Source: Planctomycetota bacterium (lineage in GTDB: Bacteria > Planctomycetota > UBA8742 > JACQVU01 > JANLHZ01). Taken from it: DNA of 64,000 nt. Location of the stretch: the NCBI GenBank assembly GCA_024653775.1, contig JANLHZ010000037.1, positions 1-64,000 on the forward strand. Direction: 5' to 3'. Below are positions 27,437 to 36,976 of the stretch, piece by piece (position 1 is the first letter of the stretch; every line of letters begins with the position of its first letter). A program made the translations under genes and the position numbers. The notes under the pieces were generated by a model. It did no database searches. It saw only the letters and a list, made by a program, of their open reading frames with translations, and was not told where the DNA came from.

Positions 27437-30400
27437 TCAGTTGGTGTTGACACGGTAAACCGTAACCCTTGTAACTGACATCACCTCGCCATCGAGCGTG
27501 AATGCGGTCGGACCGCCGTTCGTGCCTCCGATGATGACCCACTGGACGCTGAGTGTTTCCGCGTCAGTATTCGTTTTATTGTAGTAGAGCGTGCAGGCGA
27601 CCCCGCCGGATTCCTGCTGTCTGTAGTGTCCGGGCGAAAAGCTGTCGAGGGTGGTGCCTCCCACGGTTTCGCGAAGTCTGAACCCGATGTCATAGTCAGA
27701 ATTCTGGTTGCTTTCAGAAACGGTGATATCGACTATGTAAAGCCCAGGCTGAGACGCGGCAATGGCGTTGAGGCTGGCGTCGATGGTGATCCAGTTGGAC
27801 CCAACGTCCTCCGCGGCCGTGCTGCGGTAAGTTGCAAGTACCCTCGCTCCCATTGGCTGCCACTTTATTCCATCCGAGACGTTCAACCCAGTGTCGGTTC
27901 CCGCATTTGTGTTGAAGTTGAGCGAGCCGGCCGGGGCGCCGGCGGCCGGAAGTCCGGCGACGGCTCCAACGCGGATGATTCCACCATCGGTGGAGTTCAG
28001 CGCGTAGTTGAAGGTTCCATCGGTGGTTCCGAGTGCGGCGTCCGCGTTGGCGGTGTTCACAGTGACGGTTCCGGTGAATACGTTGGCGATCGCGCCAATT
28101 TGAGTGTAACCCCCGTCGGTGGTAATTCCGCTGATTCCGGTCATCGCGCCTGTCGCGTCGATATTCCAGTCGCTGGTGTCTATCGCCCCCGTGTCTCCAT
28201 CGTCGCCAAGGGTAAACGCGCCGGCGAACGCGGTCGTTCCTGTTAAGGTCTTGTTTCCTGCGATGCTCTGGTTTCCAGCGGTGATTACAAAGGTTCCCGT
28301 AACGTCCGGAAGCGTGAACGCCTGGTTCGCGGAGAGGAACGATGAATCGAGAGTCGCGGTGAACCCTGTGGAGTTCAGTATCCACGTTGTGGACGTTGTG
28401 CCTGTGTCGGTGTTCTGGGTATGCAGACCACTTGTGAGCGCCAGTGTCCCCGACGCGTCGGGGAGAGTGTATGCCCTCGATGCGGTCAGGACGGCGGTAT
28501 CGAAGGTTGCGGAGTTTCCTCCGGAGTTTATCGCCCACATTGGGGTGGAAGTCCCCGATATGGATCCCCCGGTGATGCTGACCGCGTTCGAATTCTGCGT
28601 GGCCAGGGAACCGAGCCCGAGGTTGGTCCTGGCGTCGCCGGCGTTCGCGGCTCCAGTGCCGCCGTTGGCCACCGCTACCTGTCCGGTGATGCTGATGTCT
28701 GGGTTTGTACCCCCGCTCGATGCGAGCGGCGCGGACGCGGTCACGCCAAGCACCGTGCCGCCTCCCGCGGGTGTGGACCAGCTAAGAGTGCCTAGGCCGT
28801 TGGTGGTCAAAACCTGCGTCGCGATTCCGTCCGCGCTCGGAAGCGTGTAGACAAGGTTGGCTGCGATCGAATTTGCCGCCTTGAACCCGATGTACTCGGA
28901 CCCGTTGGACGCGAGTTCAAGAAAGCGCAACTCCCCGGTATTGCCGGCCGCGGCTCCATAAGGTCCGACTGAAATCGCGTTTTGCGTGGCGAGTCCCGTG
29001 ATCCCCGTAATCGTGTCGTTGACGCCGGAAAGCACAAGAGTTCCCGTGGCATCGGGAAGCGAAAAGACCCTTGCTCCGGTCAGCGTGGCGGCGGAGAGAG
29101 TTCCCGTGTTTCCAGCACTGCTAATTATCCAGGAGGCGGAAGTCGTGCCGATATCCGTGTTCTGGGCATGAAGATCGGTTGTAAGCGCGAAAGTTCCCGA
29201 TGAATCGGGGAGATTGTAAACGCGTCCCGCGGTCAGCACTGCGGAATCGAGGGTCCCCGTGAACCCGCCGGAATTGATTGCCCACGTTGCGGCAGTAGTT
29301 CCGGTGTCGGTGTTTTGAGTGTGCAGATTGGTCAAAAGCGCCAGCGTTCCGGATGCGTCGGGAAGATTGTACGAACGGCTCCCGGTAAGAATAGCGGAAT
29401 CGAAGGTCCCGGAATTTCCGCCGGAGTTGATGACGAAGGTCGCCGTGGAAGTCCCGGAAATCGCTCCTCCGGTAATGCTGACAGCACCGGAATTCTGTGT
29501 TGCCATCGATCCGAGTCCAAAATTGGTTCTGGCGTCGCCGGCGTTCGCGGCTCCTGTGCCGCCGTTCGCGATGGGCACGATTCCGGTGAGGGTAATGTCT
29601 GGCGTGATTCCGCCGCTGGACGAGATGACGCCGGAGCCGGTGACTCCGGTCACTGTCCCGGCGCCGCCCGCGGTCCAGGTCAGATTGCCCGATCCGTCGG
29701 TGGAAAGTATCTCGCCAGGCGCTCCGTCGCCATCCGGAAGGGTGTACATGACGTTCGTCGCCATCGAGTCCGCGGCTTTGAAGCCTGCGTAATTTACTCC
29801 CCCCGCGGCGAGTTCCAGAAAGCGGATTTCCCCGGTGTTCCCCGCAGCCACCCCATAAGGTCCGATGGACAAAGCGCTCTGCGTGGAAAGCCCGGTGATT
29901 CCGGTGATGTTCGTGTTGACGCCGCTTACGACGACTACGCCGCTCAAGTCGGGAAGCGTGTACGACCGGGTACCCGTGAGCGACGCGGTTGAAAATGTCG
30001 CGGAGTTTCCGCCGCTGCCTACAATCCACGACGGGCTGGTTGTGCCAGTATCGGTGTTCTGAACGTGAATGTTGGTCGTAAGCGCGAGCGTTCCCGAAGC
30101 GTCGGGCAGATTGTAAGTGCGGTTTCCCGTCAGCGCGGCGGAATCGAATGTCCCGGAGTTTCCGCCGGAATTGACGGTCCAGTTCGTCTGGGAAGTCCCA
30201 ATGTCGGTGTTTTGCGTGTGGATACTGGTCGTCAGGGCAAGGGTTCCCGACGCATCCGGAAGAGTGTAAACGCGCCCCGCGGTCAGCGCCGCGGAATCGA
30301 GGGCTCCGGTGAACCCGCTGGAATTTATGACCCATGTCGAGGACGTTGTTCCGACGTCCGTATTCTGCGTGTGGATGTTGGATGTGAGCGCCACCGTTCC

Positions 30401-33400
30401 GGATGCGTCTGGAAACGTAATCGTCCGTGGCGCGGTAGGGGAAACGAATTGAAGGGTCGTGTCGCTGGCACCGTCTTCGAAAACGAGACTAGTGCCGAGA
30501 TACATTGTTCGGAACGCGCTTCCATTCAAGCCGAGATCGTATGCGTTGTCCGCGCCGACCGCGATGGCGCCATTCATGGTTCCCCCGGAAAGAGAGAGCA
30601 ATCCCGCGATGTCGCTCGTCAGAGAGACTGTCCCGGAGTTATCCGGAAACAAGATAGCTCTCGCCGAAGTGGATGACGCGGTGATCGTCGTGTCGCTGGC
30701 GCCGTTTTCAAAAACGAGGCTGGTTCCAACGTAGGCGGAGCGAAACGCGGAACCATTCGCGCCAAGATCGACGGAGTTGTTCGCGCTGACCCCGATCGAG
30801 CCGCTCATTACGCCGCCGGATAGTGGAAGGTAGGTTGTAAGGTCATTCGTAAGCGCGAACGTTCCCGAAGCGTCTGGCAGTGTGAAACTCCTGTCGTCCG
30901 TGAGAGTCGCTGTGGTGAACGTACCGGAGTTGCCCGCACTGCCAATTATCCAGGACGCCGAAGTCGTTCCAGTGTCCGTGTTCTGCGTGTGAAGATTGGA
31001 TGTAAGCGCCATGGTTCCGGATGCGTCTGGAAGATTGTAAACGCGCCCCGCGGTGAGAACCGTGGAATCGAGAGTCCCGCCGAAGCCGCCTGAACCAATT
31101 ACCCACGTGGCGGAAGTCGTGCCGGTATCGGTGTTCTGAGTGTGCAGGTTAGACGTGAGCGCCAGGGTTCCGGATGCGTCGGGAAGATTGTACGAACGAC
31201 TGCCCGTGAGTGTCACCGAGTCGAAAGTTCCAGAATTCCCGCCGGAATTTATTACCCAGGTGGAGGTGGAAGTCCCCGATATTGAACCTCCGGTGATGCT
31301 GACCGCGTTCGAATTCTGAGTCGCCATCGATCCGAGGCCGAGGTTCGTTCGCGCTCCAGCGGCGTTCGCTGAACCGGTTCCCCCGTTCGCGAGGGCAACG
31401 ACTCCGGTGAGCGTAATATCTGGGTTCAGCCCTCCGCTCGACGAAATCACGCCAGACCCGGTGACGGAAAGAATTGTTCCCGCGCCGACGGTAGTCCAGG
31501 CAAGGTTTCCAGCGCCGTCCGTCGACAGAATCTCGCCGGGGTCGCCGTCGCCGCTCGGAAGTACGTACAGGACGTCCGTCAGCATCGAATCGGGCGCCTT
31601 GAATGCGGTGAAATTGGTCCCCGCTGCGGAAAGCTCCAGAAATCGGATTTCCCCGGTATTTCCAGGCGCGCCTCCGTACGGCCCCACGGAGATGGCGTTC
31701 TGGGTTTGTAGCCCCGTTAATCCCGTGAGGTTGCTGTTCATTCCGGAAACGACTACTATTCCGCTCTGGTCGGGGAGAGTATACGCGCGCGCGCCTGTCA
31801 ATGAGGCGGTGTCGAACGTCCCGGAGTCGCCAACGCTGTTAATCACCCACGATGCGGCGGTTGTCCCCGTATCGGTATTTTGAGTATGGAGGTTCGAGGT
31901 AAGAGCTATAGTCCCGGAGCTGTCCGGAAGGTTGTATGTCCGGTTTCCTGTAAGCGCGGCGGAATCAAGGGTCCCGGAAAATCCGCTGGACCCAACGATC
32001 CAGGTCGGCTGGGTCGTCCCTGTATCCGTGTTCTGGGTGTGGATATTCGTCGTAAGCGCAATGGTCCCCGATGCGTCTGGCAGGTTGTACGTCCTGTTTC
32101 CCGTAAGCGCGGCGGAATCAAGGGTCCCGGAAAATCCGCTGGACCCAACGATCCAGGTCGGCTGGGTCGTCCCTGTATCCGTATTCTGGGTGTGGATATC
32201 CGTCGTAAGCGCAATGGTCCCCGATGCGTCGGGAAGATTGTACAGACGATCCGCGCCGAGAGACGCCGCGTCGAATGTTCCCGAATTTCCGTTCGAATTG
32301 ATGACGAAGTTCGAGGTGGACGTTCCGTAGACAGCGCCGCCTGTGATGCTGACGGAACTGGCGTTCTGCGTCGCGATGGAGCCTATGCCGAGGTTCGCGC
32401 GGGCGCTTCCGGACGTGCTCGCCCCGGTGCCGCCGCTCGACATTGGGACGATCCCGGAAAGGGTTATCTCCGGCGCGGCTCCGCCAGTGGAAGACAGGAC
32501 ACCGCTCGCTGTGACGCTGGTGACGGTCCCGGCGCCGGGATTTGTCCAGATCAGTCGTCCCGCGCCATCCGTCGAAAGAACCTGATTCGCGGTTCCGTCG
32601 GAGCCTGGGAGAGTGAAAACAAGGCTTGACGACACGCCGTCCGGGCTCTTCAGTCCGATGTAGTCGTTTCCGTTCGAGGCGATTTCCAGGAACCGCAATT
32701 CCCCGGTCTCGCCGTTTCCAACGCCGTAAGGACCGATAACCACCGCGTCTCGCGTCGAAAGCGCGGTAAGACCGGTAATGTCCGCATTGACGCCGATCGA
32801 TGCCGCGCCGAGGTTTATCCTCGCGTTCGATGCGGTCGACGCGCCCGTGCCTCCCGTGGCGATGGACAGCGGCGCGCCGGACCAGAGGGACTCGTCGATA
32901 GCGTTCATAGTTGCAAGCCCGCCGAGGCCAAGGTTTATCCTCGCGTTCGATGCGGTCGACGCGCCCGTGCCGCCCGTGGCGATGGACAGCGGCGCGCCGG
33001 ACCAGAGGGACTCGTCGATGGCGTTCATAGTTGCAAGCCCGCCGAGGCCGAGGTTTGTCCTTGCATCCTGCGCCGACGACGCGCCCGTGCCTCCATAGTC
33101 AACATCCACCACGCCGCTCAGGGTAATGTTCGGAGTCTGTCCGCCGCTGGAACTTAGAGGTCCGGACGCCGTCACGTCCAGAACCGCATCGTCCGAAATT
33201 CCGATGGGCGTTCCGTACACCACTTCAGACACTTCGGATTCTCCTGCGACGTTTATCGCTGTGACGATAAAAACGTAGGTTACACCGTTTACAAGTCCGG
33301 TGACGACTTCCGGACTTACCGCGTTCACTACAGCGGTTCCGTTCTCAGGCGTAACCGACGAACTCGCGCGGTAATAAAGGTTGTATGACGTGGCGTTGAA

Positions 33401-34174
33401 AACTTCCTCCCACACAAGCGTTATCGCTCCGCTGTCGCTTGCTACGATGGACAGCATCGGCGCGGCTGGCGGATCTACCGAAACCGTCGGCCTCAGACTG
33501 ACAAGCGGGGAAGGCAGCGACTCTCCGGAACCATTGAACGCAGTCAGAATGAAGTAATAGTCCACGTCGTTGGTCAGACCTGTCACCACTAGCGGATTGA
33601 CCGCGTCCGGGATGGTAGCCCCGTTCCCCGGAGCGACGTCCGGCTCCATGCTGTAATAGATATTGTATCCGACGGCATTCGAGACGAACTCCCACGCGAG
33701 AAGAACGCTTTCAGTTCCAGCGGACGACGATGAGAACGTCGGAAGCGATGGCGGCAGGACCGACGCCATCGGAGTTGCGATAGCCGTGTTCGATGGAAGA
33801 CTGTCGCCGCCGGCGGATTCAGCGACAACCCTGAACGAATACGAAGCACCATTTGTCAGACCTTGAACGACGAAAACGTTTCTGGTCGTCTTCTGGATTT
33901 TCAGGACTCCGCCTTCAACGGCGTCTCCGTATATCACCCGGTATTGGCTGGCGCCCGCAACTTCGTCCCAGTGGATGGTAACCGTTCCATCTACCGCGGC
34001 GCCCACCTCGACAACCGGCGCGTTAGGCGCGCTGGGCCTGGAAAAGCTTTCCTTGACCGAGCCTCGATTGCATCCGGGAAGCGCCACCACAAAAACAAGC
34101 AGAATCAGGACAAGACGCGCTAGCCCGTTAGCGACGGTCGAAAAGCCTGGATACGTTAATACGCAAAGACGCAT
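27437..34174 (-). CDS. Giant surface lipoprotein: 3 fibronectin type III domains + phage-tail-fibre-like repeat shaft
   Basis: Lipobox VALPGC and three FN3 units (W..V..A..Y......GLTNG..Y.F.V.A). Then GGTGA..ARxNLG, 51-aa HTQNTDTGTT...LPDASGT and four GE(I/L)RFLE modules. Unique C-terminal tip. Confidence 0.85.
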   Translation of the reverse strand: MRLCVLTYPGFSTVANGLARLVLILLVFVVALPGCNRGSVKESFSRPSAPNAPVVEVGAAVDGTVTIHWDEVAGASQYRVIYGDAVEGGVLKIQKTTRNVFVVQGLTNGASYSFRVVAESAGGDSLPSNTAIATPMASVLPPSLPTFSSSSAGTESVLLAWEFVSNAVGYNIYYSMEPDVAPGNGATIPDAVNPLVVTGLTNDVDYYFILTAFNGSGESLPSPLVSLRPTVSVDPPAAPMLSIVASDSGAITLVWEEVFNATSYNLYYRASSSVTPENGTAVVNAVSPEVVTGLVNGVTYVFIVTAINVAGESEVSEVVYGTPIGISDDAVLDVTASGPLSSSGGQTPNITLSGVVDVDYGGTGASSAQDARTNLGLGGLATMNAIDESLWSGAPLSIATGGTGASTASNARINLGLGGLATMNAIDESLWSGAPLSIATGGTGASTASNARINLGAASIGVNADITGLTALSTRDAVVIGPYGVGNGETGELRFLEIASNGNDYIGLKSPDGVSSSLVFTLPGSDGTANQVLSTDGAGRLIWTNPGAGTVTSVTASGVLSSTGGAAPEITLSGIVPMSSGGTGASTSGSARANLGIGSIATQNASSVSITGGAVYGTSTSNFVINSNGNSGTFDAASLGADRLYNLPDASGTIALTTDIHTQNTDTGTTQPTWIVGSSGFSGTLDSAALTGNRTYNLPDASGTIALTTNIHTQNTDTGTTQPTWIVGSSGFSGTLDSAALTGNRTYNLPDSSGTIALTSNLHTQNTDTGTTAASWVINSVGDSGTFDTASLTGARAYTLPDQSGIVVVSGMNSNLTGLTGLQTQNAISVGPYGGAPGNTGEIRFLELSAAGTNFTAFKAPDSMLTDVLYVLPSGDGDPGEILSTDGAGNLAWTTVGAGTILSVTGSGVISSSGGLNPDITLTGVVALANGGTGSANAAGARTNLGLGSMATQNSNAVSITGGSISGTSTSTWVINSGGNSGTFDSVTLTGSRSYNLPDASGTLALTSNLHTQNTDTGTTSATWVIGSGGFGGTLDSTVLTAGRVYNLPDASGTMALTSNLHTQNTDTGTTSASWIIGSAGNSGTFTTATLTDDRSFTLPDASGTFALTNDLTTYLPLSGGVMSGSIGVSANNSVDLGANGSAFRSAYVGTSLVFENGASDTTITASSTSARAILFPDNSGTVSLTSDIAGLLSLSGGTMNGAIAVGADNAYDLGLNGSAFRTMYLGTSLVFEDGASDTTLQFVSPTAPRTITFPDASGTVALTSNIHTQNTDVGTTSSTWVINSSGFTGALDSAALTAGRVYTLPDASGTLALTTSIHTQNTDIGTSQTNWTVNSGGNSGTFDSAALTGNRTYNLPDASGTLALTTNIHVQNTDTGTTSPSWIVGSGGNSATFSTASLTGTRSYTLPDLSGVVVVSGVNTNITGITGLSTQSALSIGPYGVAAGNTGEIRFLELAAGGVNYAGFKAADSMATNVMYTLPDGDGAPGEILSTDGSGNLTWTAGGAGTVTGVTGSGVISSSGGITPDITLTGIVPIANGGTGAANAGDARTNFGLGSMATQNSGAVSITGGAISGTSTATFVINSGGNSGTFDSAILTGSRSYNLPDASGTLALLTNLHTQNTDTGTTAATWAINSGGFTGTLDSAVLTAGRVYNLPDSSGTFALTTDLHAQNTDIGTTSASWIISSAGNTGTLSAATLTGARVFSLPDATGTLVLSGVNDTITGITGLATQNAISVGPYGAAAGNTGELRFLELASNGSEYIGFKAANSIAANLVYTLPSADGIATQVLTTNGLGTLSWSTPAGGGTVLGVTASAPLASSGGTNPDISITGQVAVANGGTGAANAGDARTNLGLGSLATQNSNAVSITGGSISGTSTPMWAINSGGNSATFDTAVLTASRAYTLPDASGTLALTSGLHTQNTDTGTTSTTWILNSTGFTATLDSSFLSANQAFTLPDVTGTFVITAGNQSIAGNKTLTGTTAFAGAFTLGDDGDTGAIDTSDWNIDATGAMTGISGITTDGGYTQIGAIANVFTGTVTVNTANADAALGTTDGTFNYALNSTDGGIIRVGAVAGLPAAGAPAGSLNFNTNAGTDTGLNVSDGIKWQPMGARVLATYRSTAAEDVGSNWITIDASLNAIAASQPGLYIVDITVSESNQNSDYDIGFRLRETVGGTTLDSFSPGHYRQQESGGVACTLYYNKTNTDAETLSVQWVIIGGTNGGPTAFTLDGEVMSVTRVTVYRVNTN
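31950..32235. repeat. 153-bp (51-aa) near-identical coding tandem repeat
   Basis: GTAAGCGCGGCGGAATCAAGGGTCCCGGAAAATCCGCTGG... starts at both 31950 and 32103. Confidence 0.85.
32811..33056. repeat. 120-bp (40-aa) near-identical coding tandem repeat
   Basis: AGGTTTATCCTCGCGTTCGATGCGGTCGAC... starts at both 32811 and 32931. Confidence 0.88.
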
Positions 34175-34442
34175 GCATATACCTCACTTACCTGTAACGC
34201 ACATTGATAAAGATGCCAAGAAATGCGTACTCCACAATTAGTAAACTAGTGGGGAGAAGTTGATCTATGCTTTGTTTATAGATTTTTGTTTATAGATTAT
34301 TGTCAACCAACCATTGCATTGTTGTAAATTGTATCACAATCGTGTCGAGGGGTGTGAAATCGGATAAAAATTCTTGGCGCGCGGGCATCTGTGTTAAATC
34401 CTATGCGCATCGATTTTCCGCGCCTCTTATGGTTCCCAAATT

Positions 34443-34472
34443 AAAAAGCGCCGCATAGAGGAAACGCGGCGC
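34443..34472 (-). terminator. Intrinsic terminator of the cytochrome operon
   Basis: Minus strand reads GCGCCGCG-TTTCCTCTA-TGCGGCGC-TTTTT, about 40 nt after the stop at 34510. Confidence 0.75.
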
Positions 34473-34509
34473 CGGGATAGAAGCAAAACTCTCAGCGAAG
34501 GAGAGTATT

Positions 34510-35559
34510 CTATTCGCCTGCGGGAAGCGCGAGCGCGCGCTCCATGTGCTCTGGTCCGGAGAGGTGCGGGTTATGGCACCTCGAGCAGTTGCGCTCGATC
34601 GGCGTGCGGTCGATCTTGCGCTTCCACGCGCCCGGATCGCGGGCGTTCCCGAGGATGACGCGGTTCATCAGCGTGACGTGTTCCGAAGCCGCGCCGTGGC
34701 ACTCGCTGCACCAGATTCCGCGCTGATGGGGAGTCTGCTCGGCGTTCTGGAAGCCGCCCCGGTCTGGCGAGTCGAATCCGGTGGTGTGGCACCGCAGACA
34801 CTTTGGATCGTGGGTGTAGTCGGCCTTCCCTCCAGTAGCGGCGGACGCGGTAACGAGTCTATCGAACGACGTAGCGTGTCTCGAAGCGCCCCAGTCGTTC
34901 ACGCGGTCCTCGTGGCACTTCTTGCATTCGTCCATGGGGACGAACCTCGCCTCCGAAGAAGCCCGCTGCGCGTCCCGCGGAATCGAAGCGTCCGTCCCCG
35001 CGGCCCAGCCGCGGTAGTGGAACTGATCCTGCGGATCGATCCAGGCGAGAGTCTCTTCCGGGGTCTTCAGATGCGGATTATGACAATCGAAGCACGCGCG
35101 GGTCGGATGCTTTTCTATCTGGCGGTTGTGTTCTCCCGGATCGATCGCTCCCTGAACGCGCCTTTGCACCGGAAGCATCAGATCGATGTGAGCGGAACCC
35201 CGGCCGTGGCATTCGCAGCAGCCGACGTCGACGAGGCTTGGAGTCTCTTCGAGACTGCGGAAACCTCCTGTCTGTTTGTATCCTGTCGAGTGACATGCGA
35301 GGCACGCGGGATCGAGTTCCTTGCCCTGGTTCTCGAAATGGCTCGTGAGAGTCTCGTACGCCTGGGCGTGGTCCGACGCGCGCCATGTGCGGTACTCGTC
35401 CACATGGCAGCGTGTACAGAAGTTGCTCGGGACGAACCTCGCGCTTCGAGGAATGTCGCCGTCGCCGGTGGCGCGCCTCGCTTCGAGAGTGATAAACACG
35501 AGGCACATCGTAAGCAGAGCGACAGGAAAGCCCAGGGACACGGTTCTGATCACTTTCAT
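34510..35559 (-). CDS. Octaheme cytochrome c, two tandem cytochrome c554-like domains
   Basis: 8 CxxCH (CTRCH, CLACH, CCECH, CFDCH, CKKCH, CLRCH, CSECH, CSRCH) in two homologous halves. N-terminal hydrophobic leader. Confidence 0.9.
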   Translation of the reverse strand: MKVIRTVSLGFPVALLTMCLVFITLEARRATGDGDIPRSARFVPSNFCTRCHVDEYRTWRASDHAQAYETLTSHFENQGKELDPACLACHSTGYKQTGGFRSLEETPSLVDVGCCECHGRGSAHIDLMLPVQRRVQGAIDPGEHNRQIEKHPTRACFDCHNPHLKTPEETLAWIDPQDQFHYRGWAAGTDASIPRDAQRASSEARFVPMDECKKCHEDRVNDWGASRHATSFDRLVTASAATGGKADYTHDPKCLRCHTTGFDSPDRGGFQNAEQTPHQRGIWCSECHGAASEHVTLMNRVILGNARDPGAWKRKIDRTPIERNCSRCHNPHLSGPEHMERALALPAGE

Positions 35560-35597
35560 TTTACTCTCCCAGCATTGCGATTGGCGTTAGCTCCCTG

Positions 35598-36836
35598 TCA
35601 ATCCTCCTGATGGCACATCGACAGGCAATCCACGTCAGCTTCTTTTTCCTCGTGACACTCTATACATTCCTTCCGATCCCTCTGCTCGAAGGTAGTGGGC
35701 GGATCGGTTGATGCGACCATCCCCTCGTGGCAGTCGAGGCATTTTATACCGGACTTCACGATGTGGATTCGGTGGCTTGGATACGCGTGCATATAGACCG
35801 AACCGGGTCTGATCCACGGAATCCGGCGTCCGTCGATCAGATACGGTTTCAGGGCGTCCTCGCGATCGCTTTCCTCGTTCAGCCTCGTCTCGGGATCGTG
35901 GCATACATCGCAGAGCTTTACGCCCGGAACTCCCGCTTCCTTGTATACGAGCGTATCCGAGTGGCAGCTTACGCAGGGGCGCAGCTCCGGATTCTGGACG
36001 ATGTAAGGCGCGTCCGCGAGTTCGTGACAGTTTGCGCAGCCCTCGATCTTCGGATTGATCTTGAGCGCGACGTCCCAGGAGCCGTGGCAATCCTGGCAGC
36101 CCTTCTCCTCGAGTCCCTGCCTTACGAACGCCGGCCTCTGCTGCGCGTTCGGCATCGTCTGTCTTCCCTCGTGGCAGGAGCCGCACATGGCCCTCCGCGA
36201 TATGACGGACTCGGGAAGCGAAGCCTCGTTATGATGACAGTCGTCGCAATTGGCATTGAGAGCCGACGAGATAGCCTCCCGCGGGGTTTTCGCGAGAGCG
36301 GGTTTCGACGGATCCTCCGAATACGTGTTCATGGGACCGTGGCATTTGCCGCAGTAGTCGAGCCTCGGAGTTCCCATCAGCTCGGTGCTGAACTCGACGT
36401 GGCACTCGAGACATGTTTTCGAAGTGACGTTGCTCTCGCTCTCTCCGAAGCCCTTGTGCATCTGGATATAGCGCTCCTGGTGGGCGCTTTCGAACCCGGT
36501 CGCGTGGACGTGCAGTCCGACCGCGGTTTCCTTGTGACGGTTCTCTTCGAACACTTTCAGGTGTCTTTCGATCCCGGCTTCGCGGTGTTCGCCGCCGCCG
36601 AAGTGCTCGAGGTAGTCCTTTCCGCCGAAGTAGGTGTAGTGGGACTGGTGGTTGAACTGAATCGGCTGCAACGGAAGCTGCTCGATCTTGTGACCGTTCG
36701 GTCCGACACGGACGCCGTCTCCGCCTTCTTCCCCGTTGCCCGAGGTTTCGGTGCAGTTCTGGAGGCAAAGCGCTGTAAGAATCAGGACGCTCGCGAAAAC
36801 GATCGCTTCCCGTTTGAATGATTTTAGCTTTTCCAT
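35598..36836 (-). CDS. Multiheme cytochrome c lipoprotein (10 CxxCH + terminal CxxxCH), c3/c7-like
   Basis: Lipobox CLQNC. QPIQFNH start and a His-rich segment. C-terminal PW.R....SHRIH..SGIKCLDCH..CIECH..DCLSMCH resembles ActA/QrcA-type cytochromes. Confidence 0.9.
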   Translation of the reverse strand: MEKLKSFKREAIVFASVLILTALCLQNCTETSGNGEEGGDGVRVGPNGHKIEQLPLQPIQFNHQSHYTYFGGKDYLEHFGGGEHREAGIERHLKVFEENRHKETAVGLHVHATGFESAHQERYIQMHKGFGESESNVTSKTCLECHVEFSTELMGTPRLDYCGKCHGPMNTYSEDPSKPALAKTPREAISSALNANCDDCHHNEASLPESVISRRAMCGSCHEGRQTMPNAQQRPAFVRQGLEEKGCQDCHGSWDVALKINPKIEGCANCHELADAPYIVQNPELRPCVSCHSDTLVYKEAGVPGVKLCDVCHDPETRLNEESDREDALKPYLIDGRRIPWIRPGSVYMHAYPSHRIHIVKSGIKCLDCHEGMVASTDPPTTFEQRDRKECIECHEEKEADVDCLSMCHQED

Positions 36837-36934
36837 AGACGAAGTCCCTTTGATTTCCACTCGGCGATATATGTCTTCCTGGAACCCCTCACTTTTTGTT
36901 TCGCGGGTCGCGAAGAGAATTCCCCGGACCCGTG

Positions 36935-36960
36935 CTCCTCTCCCCGTTTGGGGAGAGGAG
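36935..36960. repeat. REP-like intra-operon hairpin
   Basis: CTCCTCTCCCC-GTTT-GGGGAGAGGAG, a perfect 11-bp stem with no U tail. Confidence 0.7.
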
Positions 36961-36976
36961 GGAGCTGAATCTATTA

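Noticed and set aside
27437..33100. Possible CRISPR array or DGR template/variable repeats among the long repeats
   Set aside because: The repeat periods are multiples of 3 within one ORF, with no unique spacers, no adenine-specific variation evident, and no cas or reverse transcriptase gene.
27437..34174. Prophage, suggested by tail-fibre motifs
   Set aside because: No capsid, terminase, integrase or baseplate genes are present, and the protein has a lipoprotein signal and FN3 anchor.
34204..34219. FNR-like half site TTGAT upstream of the fibre gene, and a sigma54-like TTGC upstream of the cytochrome operon (about 47463)
   Set aside because: The second FNR half-site (ATCAA) and the -24 GG are missing, so these are not supportable.
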